Notes: generated by a model not told the origin, from the sequence alone. DNA of 64,000 nt from Spirochaetia bacterium (GCA_963677925.2 CAXXYH010000003.1:96001-160000); one strand, 5' to 3'; positions 19,599-29,739 are shown, numbered from the stretch's first letter. Numbers and translations are program-made.

Positions 19599-20434
19599 AA
19601 TCTATGATCGTATCTATAAATATTTTTCATATTTTCATAGTCAAATTGAAAAAAACCTCTATCATGAAAATCATATATCTCTTTTTCTACTTTAATACTT
19701 TCTATAATCTCAATTTTATCATTTTCAAAAGATTCAAAACAGGTATAGTCATCTAAAATAATTTCCGAGTCAATTTGAATCTTAAAATATCTAGAAATTG
19801 CTTTTCTATACATATATATTTTGTCATATGACGTAACCGCTTCTATAGGGACTCTACATTTTAAAATGTATGGAACACCATTATTCCTTAAAAATCTCCT
19901 ACAAATTTCTGGATTTAAACTAGTTACAATACCTAATAGCGTTTCACTCCCATATATTAAATAATGACATGAACCATCATGGTCAAAGCAATGAATATTA
20001 GAGCAAAAATTCAAGTTCATATCATTAATTCGGTTAGTATTGTTCTCTATTGCCTTCTGTATCTCTTCATCAGCAAATCCATCAAACATGGTTTTACATA
20101 TATATTCATAATCACTTTTTCTTAATATTTTTAAACTGGTAAAACCACCTTGAAATAGTTTAGTTGCATGATATCCGTAAATATTATTTAATGAATTTTC
20201 TATTAATTCAATTTGTATATCATTATCATAGAATTTATAATCAATCAAATAGCCGTCTATAATTTCTTCAATTACTGAATAGAAATCTAATCCACTTTGG
20301 TAAGGATCTATTTTCAATATCTCTTCTCTTACATAATCAAGAAGATACTTATTTATATGTTCTTCGAGCAAATTGATATATACTTCTTTATCATCTAAAT
20401 CAATAACATCATACATATTTATTATATTTCTCAC
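19589..20434 (-). CDS. Cassette hypothetical protein (GYHAT motif, possible ADP-ribosyltransferase-like fold)
   Basis: 281-aa ORF overlapping downstream gene; fold call tentative. Confidence 0.7.
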   Translation of the reverse strand: MRNIINMYDVIDLDDKEVYINLLEEHINKYLLDYVREEILKIDPYQSGLDFYSVIEEIIDGYLIDYKFYDNDIQIELIENSLNNIYGYHATKLFQGGFTSLKILRKSDYEYICKTMFDGFADEEIQKAIENNTNRINDMNLNFCSNIHCFDHDGSCHYLIYGSETLLGIVTSLNPEICRRFLRNNGVPYILKCRVPIEAVTSYDKIYMYRKAISRYFKIQIDSEIILDDYTCFESFENDKIEIIESIKVEKEIYDFHDRGFFQFDYENMKNIYRYDHRFWR

Positions 20435-20462
20435 TCATTTTATTCCAATTTTTCTTCTGTAA

Positions 20463-20601
20463 ACATAACGACGATTTGAGTAGCGAAACCGGCCGAGTCT
20501 TCGAGGCTTGGCGTAGTTCTGGAACGTAGCGCGATCAGCGCGGAGTGTCTTTAGCCAGAACTATGACAAAGGTTTTGACTACTCCAAATCTCTTGTTATC
20601 T
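20463..20601 (-). repeat. attC type A #17 (same sequence as #23)
   Basis: Family consensus. Confidence 0.92.
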
Positions 20602-21241
20602 ATATTATTTTTCTTATCAAAATTCCTCGTTCTGCAAAATATTTTTTAAATAGTTCCAATTGTATTTTGTAATTTTGTTGAGTTCTTATTTCATCTCCTG
20701 AAGGATTATTAATATAAATAGTATTGTTCAAATTATCGACACCTGATACAACAACAAGATGACCACCTTTTTCCCCATTATATGTCATATCCGGTTTACG
20801 GATTAAATAATGTACCGACACAATAAATATATTGCCATCTAATGTTGCATTAAATATCTCATCTGTGTTTAAAGGTGAAACAGAGTTTGCATCTAACTGA
20901 AAACTATCCTTTAAATATTCACAAAACGGTACATAAAATAATCCATCAATACTTTCCTTATTAACTTTAGATCCACCATATTCAGTACATTCTTTTGCTA
21001 ATTGGATTATAGGTGGTGAATCAATCTTCCAGTATTCTAAAATCATTTTCAAACATGCCATTCCGCAAATGTTTTTAGCCCATAATTCATATTCTTTAAC
21101 ATTATTTGCTCCAGAATATTCCCATAAAGGATCATTTGTTGCTTGGATTTTACCAGATATAATTTCTCCTACTATCTCACGAGACATCCATTGTGAATAA
21201 TAAGGCATTTCATTAAGTATAATTTTTTGACTATTAACCAT
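20600..21241 (-). CDS. C39-like cysteine peptidase, copy 2
   Basis: PYYSQ, CGMACLKM, GHLVVVSG, YINNP. Confidence 0.82.
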   Translation of the reverse strand: MVNSQKIILNEMPYYSQWMSREIVGEIISGKIQATNDPLWEYSGANNVKEYELWAKNICGMACLKMILEYWKIDSPPIIQLAKECTEYGGSKVNKESIDGLFYVPFCEYLKDSFQLDANSVSPLNTDEIFNATLDGNIFIVSVHYLIRKPDMTYNGEKGGHLVVVSGVDNLNNTIYINNPSGDEIRTQQNYKIQLELFKKYFAERGILIRKII

Positions 21242-21771
21242 TTTCCCAACTTAAAATTTGATAGACAATAATATAGAGCTTTATTCCCAATTTTTTTGGG
21301 TTAATTCTATCACCTAACATAATCATTTACATTTATTCAATAGCTTAGTGCTTTTGTATATTCATATTCTTCTTATTTACCTCATAATACGGTAAAATCT
21401 ATTCAAAGACATTAGATCTATTTCCGAATGTTCAGACCGAGCCTTATATACAAATTTCTAATAACCACATGTACAGAAATTCTTGTATTTTTTCATTTTA
21501 AAGCTGTTTTCAGACTATTGGAACTATATTTTATTAATTATTCTATATTGTTCTTTTGGATATAGGCAATTGTTAAGTAAGTCTTTAGCTGATAAATACT
21601 TAATGATTTTAAATGCAATTGAAAATCATTAATTTCCTTTATTCTTATAATTCTTATAGGCTTAAGATTTTAATAACAAACTGCTTTTTTAAAGAATTCT
21701 AATTGTATTAAGCTTGTACACTAATTCATTAGAAATTTGATGACAGAGTTATCCGCCTGTACCCGAATTAT

Positions 21772-21909
21772 AGATAACGACGATTTGAGTAGCGAAACCG
21801 GCCGAGTCTTCGAGGCTTGGCGCAGTTCTGGAACGCAGCGCGATCAGCGCGGAGTGTCTCTGCCAGAACTGTGACAAAGGTTTTGACTACTCCAAATCTC
21901 TTGTTAAAT
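21772..21909 (-). repeat. attC type A #18
   Basis: Family consensus. Confidence 0.92.
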
Positions 21910-21988
21910 GCCTTATTATCCAGACCGTACGGCGGAGCCAGGTCTGGATTTCTTCATTATTATTTTTTTGATATTAATAAAGTTTTTA

Positions 21989-23152
21989 TTAAACCTCTTG
22001 TATTAATTCATTTTTATAGAAATTTTTTAAACTTTCTTCATATGCTAAATATGGTCTTTTTATAGATTCGGTTGATAATTTTATTAATTCTGATAACCAA
22101 ATAATTAGATCAACTAATGCATTTTCAATTCTAAATTTATCTATTTCAAAATGTAACCCTTTATTAAATAAGTCTAAAAGACGATCAGCTTCATCCCCAA
22201 GTTCAGTTAATTTATTTGTTTCTTTTATATTATTTTCTTCAATTGTTTTTTCAATATATGCCCATATTCTATTTTTAAACTTATCATTTCCAACATCTCT
22301 CCCTTTCCATTTTTCTTTTTGTGCAGGGAAAAGGTAATTTGCAATTTTTTCTAAAAATCTTCTTCCAGATATTGCAACTTGAGCAAAATCATCCTCTGTT
22401 TCAGCATTTTTAAATACTCTTGCAGCAGAAGCTAAAGTTTCAAAAATCTTTGGATGAAGCTCTTCAATAAAAAAGCTGACGTCTGATGCAATTTCATCAT
22501 TTAATCCATTTAACTTAGAAAAAATATCTTTAAATTCTTCAACTCTTTTAAAATGTTCTAAACTATCATAATTATCAAAAATTGTTCTTCTTGCGCCTAT
22601 ATCTTCATAATTAACAATAAATCCATTTTTTTCGAAACAATTCTTTATGGAGATATCGGGATCTTCATTATCATTCATATGGTAAAAGATTGAGCATTTA
22701 TTTGAAATTAATCCATATTCTTCACATAATGAATTCCTAAATAATGCCAAATGTGGGCCATAATTAAAAATAACATCCATAGCTCCAAGATAAGTTTTAT
22801 CATCTCGTAAAATTACATCAATGTTAGAAGCAATTTCATATGTCATATTTTGAAAAACCCAACAAAAAACTGTTGCAGTTGTAAATGTACTTTCCAACTC
22901 TGTTTCTTTAAGCTTATTATATTTATGAGGTCTATAAACTTTTCTACAAACTTCTTCCAGATGAGCATAAGTTCTATTCTGACTTTGAGAAACAATTCCA
23001 TAAGTTAAAACGTCTCCTATCGAAAGCCTCATATGTCTCTTTGTATTTTGTAAAATGTTAGTTCTAAGTATTTTATTCATTATCGGAATACCATAAAATC
23101 CATCATACTCTTCATGATCTGAATTAAATAGAAAAGCAATATTCATACACAT
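21989..23152 (-). CDS. Hypothetical protein with AbiTii/HEPN-like C-terminal domain
   Basis: AQVAISGRRFLEKIANYLFP...KFKNRIWAYI...NKGLH. Confidence 0.65.
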   Translation of the reverse strand: MCMNIAFLFNSDHEEYDGFYGIPIMNKILRTNILQNTKRHMRLSIGDVLTYGIVSQSQNRTYAHLEEVCRKVYRPHKYNKLKETELESTFTTATVFCWVFQNMTYEIASNIDVILRDDKTYLGAMDVIFNYGPHLALFRNSLCEEYGLISNKCSIFYHMNDNEDPDISIKNCFEKNGFIVNYEDIGARRTIFDNYDSLEHFKRVEEFKDIFSKLNGLNDEIASDVSFFIEELHPKIFETLASAARVFKNAETEDDFAQVAISGRRFLEKIANYLFPAQKEKWKGRDVGNDKFKNRIWAYIEKTIEENNIKETNKLTELGDEADRLLDLFNKGLHFEIDKFRIENALVDLIIWLSELIKLSTESIKRPYLAYEESLKNFYKNELIQEV

Positions 23153-23294
23153 CCCTTCGTCATAATTTTTTAATAAGAGTTAATTACTCCCCACAATCGC
23201 CCGTCGGCCGGAGGTCCGGGCGATTTCTTATTCCTTATATTACCCCCTAAAACGATTATCAGCTAATATTTTTATTATTACATTCTCTAAGTGC

Positions 23295-23434
23295 ATTTAA
23301 CGACGTTTTGAGCTGCCTGGCGGCGCGAGTCTTCGCGCGCATTGGCGTGATTCTGGAGTGCAGCGCGATCAGCGCGGAACGTCTATGCCAGAATCATGAC
23401 AATAGCCAGGACTGCTCCAAAACTTTTGTTAAAT
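23295..23434 (-). repeat. attC type A #19
   Basis: Family consensus. Confidence 0.92.
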
Positions 23435-23459
23435 GCTATACCCAAACAACCCAATCCAT

Positions 23460-23520
23460 AAAATAAAAATGTGGCGCAGCCCGAAGCCCGAATGGGCTGA
23501 GCATATAGCCCCTGTTATAG
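23460..23520 (-). repeat. Half of type-B attC (R'' side)
   Basis: aaaataaaaatgtggcgcagccc...atagcccctgtta. Confidence 0.8.
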
Positions 23521-23619
23521 GAAGTATTTTGGCTCTTGAGTCAGACCGTACATCGGAGATAGGGCTGGCCTCTTAAACATACAACTTTCAACTTTAACAG
23601 TATCCTAAAACAAACTTTG

Positions 23620-24747
23620 TCAATTAAAAGCATACTTCACTAAAGCTATTTCATTCTCACTATCACTACCTTTTTCAAATAAAAATAAGTTATCTCCAGT
23701 TTGAAGTTTTCTTACAACTTCGATGTCTTTCAAATCCTCATCAATAGTCCCAATCCATCTTGGACTATTTAACTCTCTTATATCATAAACAAAATAATTC
23801 CCGATTAAAATATTATTAAAATCAAAATCTAAATCAAAATAACTAAACAAGTTTATTTCATCTGTTGAATTACATTTTTGTAGAAATTCATATTTTTTTT
23901 CACTATCTAATTTTATTATGCTCCAAAAATACTCTTCTGAATTTAAACCTCTTGCTCCATCACTTACTATAATATCATTATATATATTAAATCCATTGTC
24001 CTCTAAACTGATAGAATTTATATCGACCAATTCATAATTATTAGAAATATTAGTAATATCATAAACAATCATTTGATTTGTTATTGTAAAAGGATTACCA
24101 TCTTTATCAACTTTAAGCTCACTTGAAAAAGTGTATAAATAATTTGAATTTAAGTAAATTTCTTTATCAATTACTCCTTCGAAAGAATCTAAATAATGTC
24201 TTTCAATTTCTAGCATATTATCAGCATCCAAAATTAATAATAGTTTATAGTATGAAAATGAATTAGAATCTAAAATATAAATTTTATTATCCATACATCT
24301 TAAACTTAAATAATAGGTAGTGTTTAAATTATAGGTATTATTTTCACTAATAGAATATTTAAAAGATGGATTTGTTATATCCTCAATCAAATATACCAGA
24401 CAATCCGTTGACCCTAGAAGATACAAATAATTTTCATAAATATACAATTGTTTAAAATCAGGAACAATATCATTATAATAATTTGAATTATCAACCCAAG
24501 GGATGGTGGAAACTTCAATCAATCCTTCCAAATCTATCAAGTGCACCATCCCATCAGTACTATAATATACTAAAACTTTAGAAGTCTCAGATATAAACGC
24601 AGAGAATGAATCTGCTTTTTCATCTAAAATAAGTTTTGTATCTTTAGAAAATATTTGATTGAAATGGTATCCATTTTGATAATATGGAAAAAAGTTTTTA
24701 CATGAGGTTATTCCTAATAATAATAAAAATAATAAAATCCTTTTCAA
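23620..24747 (-). CDS. Lipoprotein, possible beta-propeller
   Basis: MKRILLFLLLLGITSC lipobox; repeated (V)YDI..P motifs. Confidence 0.8.
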   Translation of the reverse strand: MKRILLFLLLLGITSCKNFFPYYQNGYHFNQIFSKDTKLILDEKADSFSAFISETSKVLVYYSTDGMVHLIDLEGLIEVSTIPWVDNSNYYNDIVPDFKQLYIYENYLYLLGSTDCLVYLIEDITNPSFKYSISENNTYNLNTTYYLSLRCMDNKIYILDSNSFSYYKLLLILDADNMLEIERHYLDSFEGVIDKEIYLNSNYLYTFSSELKVDKDGNPFTITNQMIVYDITNISNNYELVDINSISLEDNGFNIYNDIIVSDGARGLNSEEYFWSIIKLDSEKKYEFLQKCNSTDEINLFSYFDLDFDFNNILIGNYFVYDIRELNSPRWIGTIDEDLKDIEVVRKLQTGDNLFLFEKGSDSENEIALVKYAFN

Positions 24748-24860
24748 TACGTTTCATTCCTTATATATTGACATAATATATCAATTTTAAATTTTATTCT
24801 TTTTTTCTTATTGCCCGTCGGCCGGAGGTCCGGGCGTCTTTCTCTTAGCCAAAATATTTC

Positions 24861-24898
24861 CTATAACGTCCCGGGGTTATATGACGTTTTTATTTTTT
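24861..24898 (-). repeat. Half of type-B attC (R' side)
   Basis: taacgtcccggggttatatgacgtttttatttt. Confidence 0.8.
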
Positions 24899-24954
24899 AA
24901 TTTTACCACCAATTACCCGTATTTACCATTTCAAACTGTTTTACCATGTTGTGC

Positions 24955-25092
24955 ATTTAACGACGATTTGAGTAGCAAAATCGGCCGAGTCTTCGAGGCT
25001 TGGCGCAGTTCTGGAACGTAGCGCGATCAGCGCGGAGTGTCTCTGCCAGAACTGTGACAAAGATTTTGACTACTCCAAATCTTTTGTTATAT
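24955..25092 (-). repeat. attC type A #20
   Basis: Family consensus. Confidence 0.92.
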
Positions 25093-25106
25093 GGGATTTC
25101 CATTAT

Positions 25107-25601
25107 TTATGGATAAAAATTATGTTCTGGGTCTACAAATACGACATAAAAAGTATTCTTATCAAATGCTTTTCCAGTTTTACAATGGATTTTCCCATTA
25201 TATTCATCTGGAACTACAAAACCAATAAGCCTTTTATCATATTCTAAACGGAATCTACCCCATAGTACTTGATGTGGAATATATGAAGGATGTTTTAATT
25301 TTGAATGCTTTGGAAATGCACCATAATTTACATAAATACTGTTTCGGTGCTTCCCACTTCCAATTTTCATATTTTCCCAATGCTCTAAATTTTCTCTACT
25401 ATACTCAATTAATTTCTTAAATATTTTATTACTATCATCCTTCTGCATATTCTTTATATCTTCACATAAAGACTGAGAGCTATCAAAATAGCTGAAATTA
25501 AATTTCATTCTATTGGATAGAGTATCGGTTTCAGAATCAAGACTAGCTTGTGGAAAAGAATTAATAAACGAATCTTTTTTACTATTCTGAAAATTTTTCA
25601 T
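25107..25601 (-). CDS. MAG6450-like protein (possible RelE-fold toxin)
   Basis: KFNFSYFD...WGRFRL...RLIGF...TFYVVFVDPEHNFYP. Confidence 0.6.
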   Translation of the reverse strand: MKNFQNSKKDSFINSFPQASLDSETDTLSNRMKFNFSYFDSSQSLCEDIKNMQKDDSNKIFKKLIEYSRENLEHWENMKIGSGKHRNSIYVNYGAFPKHSKLKHPSYIPHQVLWGRFRLEYDKRLIGFVVPDEYNGKIHCKTGKAFDKNTFYVVFVDPEHNFYP

Positions 25602-26734
25602 ATTTTAGGGACTCCCCCTAATTTACCACTAAAATAAATATTTGAAATTTGTCGATCATTCCTTACAATATCGCCAGGTAGCTCATCTAATCTATAAGCA
25701 AAACTACAATTTTTTTCTTTATTTACCAGAATTGTTTTGTATTTCCCAAGTTCGTCCATTATTTTATTATTATGTGTTGTAAAAATTAATTGAGCATCCT
25801 TTTGATTTGCTTCTTCATCAAATAACTTAATTAGTTTTGGTAAAATTAATGGATGGAGATTTATATCAAATTCATCCAGAACTAAAACTCCTCCCACATC
25901 CAAAATTGCTTTATATAAAAATAAAGTTGAATACAATGCTTTAGTTCCACTTGATTCATAATGTATTGTTAATGCTTCGACTCTATCCTCTAAATCATGA
26001 TAAAAAATAGGAAAATAACTTTTATCACCATTATCTAAATCGCGATCGAATATTTTTATATCATTAATTCCTACATCACATTTTTTTATTTGTTCAATTG
26101 CAAAAGTAAAAGCTTTTTCATTTTGTAAATATAATTCTGAGATCTTACTAATATCAGGGTTGAATCCATGATAACCAAAATTATTTACATTAGTTACAAT
26201 GTTTTTAAAAAATGAATACACATTATTGATTGATTTGAAATCATATTGATGTGCAGTACTTATAAACGAGGCATTATTTCTTAACTTCATCATTTTGATT
26301 TCATCATAATCTTTATTCGTGTATATAATTTCATTATATTTTCTTTCTACTATTTTAGTATTTCTTTTAATTTTCTTATATAAGACTTCTGAAATAACGT
26401 TTTGTTGTGTTGTCTCTAGCTCGTATCTATACTCGATATCATCAATCTTGAAAACAATATAAAAATCGGTTGGGTCCTTACTTTCAAAAAATGATTCTAA
26501 CATTATTTCATCGTCAGGTTTCATTCGAAATGAATCAATACAAAAATTCCTTATGAAATCTATAGTTTTTAATATATTTGTTTTTCCACTTGCGTTTCCA
26601 CCTTTTACACATATTACATTTGTAAATTCCTTTCCATGAGATATGCTTTCTGGACAATTATTATTCAAACGCAATGAAGCTTCAAAACCTTCTTTAAAAG
26701 AAAAGTAATTCCTAGCACCAAATTCTAATAACAT
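25598..26734 (-). CDS. AAA_21 (RloA/AbiEii-like ABC-type) ATPase
   Basis: NYFSFK, GGNASGKTN, ESSGT, LVLDEFD..LHP, LIFTTHN, G.LGGVP. Confidence 0.9.
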   Translation of the reverse strand: MLLEFGARNYFSFKEGFEASLRLNNNCPESISHGKEFTNVICVKGGNASGKTNILKTIDFIRNFCIDSFRMKPDDEIMLESFFESKDPTDFYIVFKIDDIEYRYELETTQQNVISEVLYKKIKRNTKIVERKYNEIIYTNKDYDEIKMMKLRNNASFISTAHQYDFKSINNVYSFFKNIVTNVNNFGYHGFNPDISKISELYLQNEKAFTFAIEQIKKCDVGINDIKIFDRDLDNGDKSYFPIFYHDLEDRVEALTIHYESSGTKALYSTLFLYKAILDVGGVLVLDEFDINLHPLILPKLIKLFDEEANQKDAQLIFTTHNNKIMDELGKYKTILVNKEKNCSFAYRLDELPGDIVRNDRQISNIYFSGKLGGVPKI

Positions 26735-26850
26735 ATCGATCTCCTATAGGATTCTACTAATAATATCGTCTAAATCCTTAAAAAGTCAACTCTTATTAGC
26801 TTTTTTTGTCATTTTTGACTAATTATGCCTGTTATAATCCAATATTCTCC

Positions 26851-26991
26851 ATATAACGACGATTTGAGTAGCGAAACCGTGCCGAGTCTTCGAGGCTTGG
26901 CGCGATTCTGGAGTGGAGGCACGATCAGTGCCGCAACGTCCCTGCCAGAACCGTGACAATGGTTTTGACTACTCCAAAACTTTTGTTATAC
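26851..26991 (-). repeat. attC type A #21
   Basis: Family consensus. Confidence 0.92.
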
Positions 26992-27001
26992 ATTTTTTAT
27001 T

Positions 27002-27856
27002 TCAATCATGTTTTTCTATTTCTTTTTGTTCTTTTGAATAAATAGTTTTAGCCATTCCTTTAACCATAGTTTCAGAAATAAAAATAATTTGTCCTTTTTT
27101 ATTTTTATAATAATCAGAGGATAATCTTTTATAATAACCTCTACGAAAGTGAGGGGACACAACTTTACCAGAAGAAGAGTTATTGACAGGTTCTACTATT
27201 TTATCGGCAATTTCTAATATGAAAGATTTTTCCTTTATTTCCTCCTTAATATAAGGAGGAACTCCTTCCTTAACACATTCAGGAAATGCTTCCATATATG
27301 CAATAGTGTTAATTGCAAGTCGAAAGATTCGGCAAATTTCATTGGAATTTCGTGAATCTTCCTTTAATAATTCTTTATAATTTTTCTCTGAGCACCAGGC
27401 ACCTCCTTTGCCTATAGCCCAATATAGAATAATTTGATTCTGTTCATTATTCATTAATCCAAATGCATAACCCTTATACTTATTTTCATATGGAATATGT
27501 AATCCAAATGGAAAAATACGTAATTTTAAATTACCTTGTTCTTCAATCATTCCATTCTCATTAATATATTTTCCAATACCTTCGAGATCTGCTAATTGAA
27601 TATTTTCAAGAAAATTTCTTAAGTTTTTATCAATGAAGTATAGGTGTAACATTTTATTAATAGCATCTGTATACCATAAATCCCACGTAAACTTTTTTAA
27701 TTGCTGCTTTTGCCAAGATTGAAAAGGATTATTCATTATTTGTTGATTAATGCGTATTAAAAACTGTTCAATTGTATCTTTATTATTTTTGTAATTTTCT
27801 AAGTAGTTATCCCATTGAGTCGCTAAAGGTTTACTATACCAAGGTTTCTTTCCCAT
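27002..27856 (-). CDS. Hypothetical protein with C-terminal PHxRRG motif
   Basis: VSPHFRRGYYKR...IFISETMVKG. Confidence 0.78.
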   Translation of the reverse strand: MGKKPWYSKPLATQWDNYLENYKNNKDTIEQFLIRINQQIMNNPFQSWQKQQLKKFTWDLWYTDAINKMLHLYFIDKNLRNFLENIQLADLEGIGKYINENGMIEEQGNLKLRIFPFGLHIPYENKYKGYAFGLMNNEQNQIILYWAIGKGGAWCSEKNYKELLKEDSRNSNEICRIFRLAINTIAYMEAFPECVKEGVPPYIKEEIKEKSFILEIADKIVEPVNNSSSGKVVSPHFRRGYYKRLSSDYYKNKKGQIIFISETMVKGMAKTIYSKEQKEIEKHD

Positions 27857-27859
27857 ATT

Positions 27860-28258
27860 CTAAAATAGTGGCATTATAAATTGTTCATCTTTATTAAAAG
27901 ACCACTGAACTTGCCACGTTGAACCTGTAATTTGATCTAAAAGGATAAAATTCCACATATTACTAGTATAATATAGTGTAAATCTTCCATCTATCTTTTT
28001 TTTATTTTCTGCCAGATTCTTATCATTTAAAATTACTCCACCTCTTTCATTATCTTCTACAGAATATTGTAAAATCCACATTTTTCCCGTAGCAGTCTCT
28101 AGTTCAATAAATGTCCAAATATTTTGTGTTTTAAAGAGTCGATAAGGAGCATTAGGATCTTGAGTTGATTCTATAACCTGAGTTTGTGCTATTAATCCTG
28201 TAGATATAATAAAAAAGACAACTAAAAATATCATAACTTTCTTCATAATATCCTCCAA
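27860..28258 (-). CDS. Small exported protein with duplicated motif
   Basis: Signal peptide; YRLFKTQNIWTFIELET.TG / FTLYYTSNMWNFILLDQ.TG repeat. Confidence 0.8.
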   Translation of the reverse strand: MEDIMKKVMIFLVVFFIISTGLIAQTQVIESTQDPNAPYRLFKTQNIWTFIELETATGKMWILQYSVEDNERGGVILNDKNLAENKKKIDGRFTLYYTSNMWNFILLDQITGSTWQVQWSFNKDEQFIMPLF

Positions 28259-28283
28259 AACTATTTAACCCTTCTTAGAATAT

Positions 28284-28419
28284 GTATAACGACGATTTGA
28301 GTAGCAAAATTGATCCGCGTCTTCGCGGAATTGGCGCGATTCTGGAGTGAGCGATCAGCGAACGTCTTTAGCCAGAATCGTGACAATAAATTTTGACTAC
28401 TCCAAATCTCTTGTTAAAT
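28284..28419 (-). repeat. attC type A #22
   Basis: Family consensus. Confidence 0.92.
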
Positions 28420-28445
28420 GCTTTTGCCCAACTTACCCAATTCAT

Positions 28446-28508
28446 AAAATAAAAATGTGGCGTAGCCCAAGGAGCGCTTAGCGACGAAGCAAATAACCCC
28501 TGTTATAC
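28446..28508 (-). repeat. Half of type-B attC (R'' side)
   Basis: aaaataaaaatgtggcgtagccc...ataacccctgtta. Confidence 0.8.
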
Positions 28509-28603
28509 GCTTTGAGCTTGACATACAGACCGTTCAACGGAGTTAGGTCTGGATTCTTTATCTAATATAGTAAAATTTTTATCGGAATAATTAATATTAT
28601 ACT

Positions 28604-29638
28604 CTAATCAACCCAAGCAGGTACTTCAGGAGCAAAATCTATTTTATTAGTTACTAACCGATATGCTAATGCCTCTCCTTCATGTTTTATATCAATAGAT
28701 GTTATTTCACATTTGAAAATATGTTGATATTTCTCAGTTAGAACTTCATACGCTTGTTGATTCAGGAGAGTATTAGAAGCTTCTGTATTTGACATTCGAC
28801 AAGCATATACTACAGGGACTCCAACAACAGTGTACTCATTATTTATGATATTCAACGAAACCTCTCCATAATCAATCCCAATGCCTAATCCTATATTATT
28901 TAAAATAACGTTAAAACATGATTTTGATTGATCATAAACTTTATTAAATTCTTCATGACATTCAATTGAACTTTTTAAAGCATAAAACAGAGCATCTTTT
29001 CCTGAATAAAAATCAGGAAAAAATGCAAGAATCCCATCGCCAGTAAATTTATCAAATATACCATAATTTTTTTGTATTATTTTAATTATTCCTTTTATTA
29101 GCTCATTTATAAATTCAGAGAATTTATCTGGGGTTCTTGACTTTAACATTAATTCTGTAGATCTTCTAATATCCAATGAAAACACAACAGCATTTGATTT
29201 TCTCACTTCCTCAAATTGCTTTCTAAATTTTTCATCATTTAGTAATTTGGTTTGAGCTGCTTCATTAATCCTATGATAAATGTATCTTAATTTATATTTA
29301 TTCTGAAGTTCTTCGAATTTATCCTTTAGCACTTTTGTTTCATCTCTTGGATTTTTATTAAAAGTACCAAGTTTTTTTGCCATATCTGCTATTTCATCAA
29401 AAGTGCTAAAATAGTTTTCAAATTTTATGGATTTTAATGTTTCGTCTAATTGATCCAACACATCAAAAGCTATTGATTTAATATTTCTATCAGAAAAATC
29501 TTTTAGAGCCTCAGCTAATTCTTTTATTTTTTCTTCTTCTAAATAACTTTTTGTTAAAATAGCATCTACTTTTGAAATATTATTTTTAGATTCTCTTAAT
29601 GCTTTTCCTGACTCTTCTTTTGCATCATCAAAATTCAA
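28604..29638 (-). CDS. Class III nucleotidyl (adenylate/guanylate) cyclase domain protein
   Basis: FSLDIRRST, DKFTGDGILAFF, GIGIDYGEV, YTVVG.PV..ACR. Confidence 0.88.
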   Translation of the reverse strand: MNFDDAKEESGKALRESKNNISKVDAILTKSYLEEEKIKELAEALKDFSDRNIKSIAFDVLDQLDETLKSIKFENYFSTFDEIADMAKKLGTFNKNPRDETKVLKDKFEELQNKYKLRYIYHRINEAAQTKLLNDEKFRKQFEEVRKSNAVVFSLDIRRSTELMLKSRTPDKFSEFINELIKGIIKIIQKNYGIFDKFTGDGILAFFPDFYSGKDALFYALKSSIECHEEFNKVYDQSKSCFNVILNNIGLGIGIDYGEVSLNIINNEYTVVGVPVVYACRMSNTEASNTLLNQQAYEVLTEKYQHIFKCEITSIDIKHEGEALAYRLVTNKIDFAPEVPAWVD

Positions 29639-29739
29639 TATTACACCTCCAACTTTTTTATATCTAAAAATAAAAACTAAATATTAACTCGCCCGTCGGC
29701 CGGAGGTCCGGGCGTCTTATTCTTGTCAAGCTCATTGCG

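Noticed and set aside
7261-29714. Paired hairpins as sense-strand terminators, riboswitches or ribozymes
   Set aside because: No U-tract follows on the coding strand, G-T pairs favour the opposite strand, and I recognise no known ribozyme or riboswitch core.
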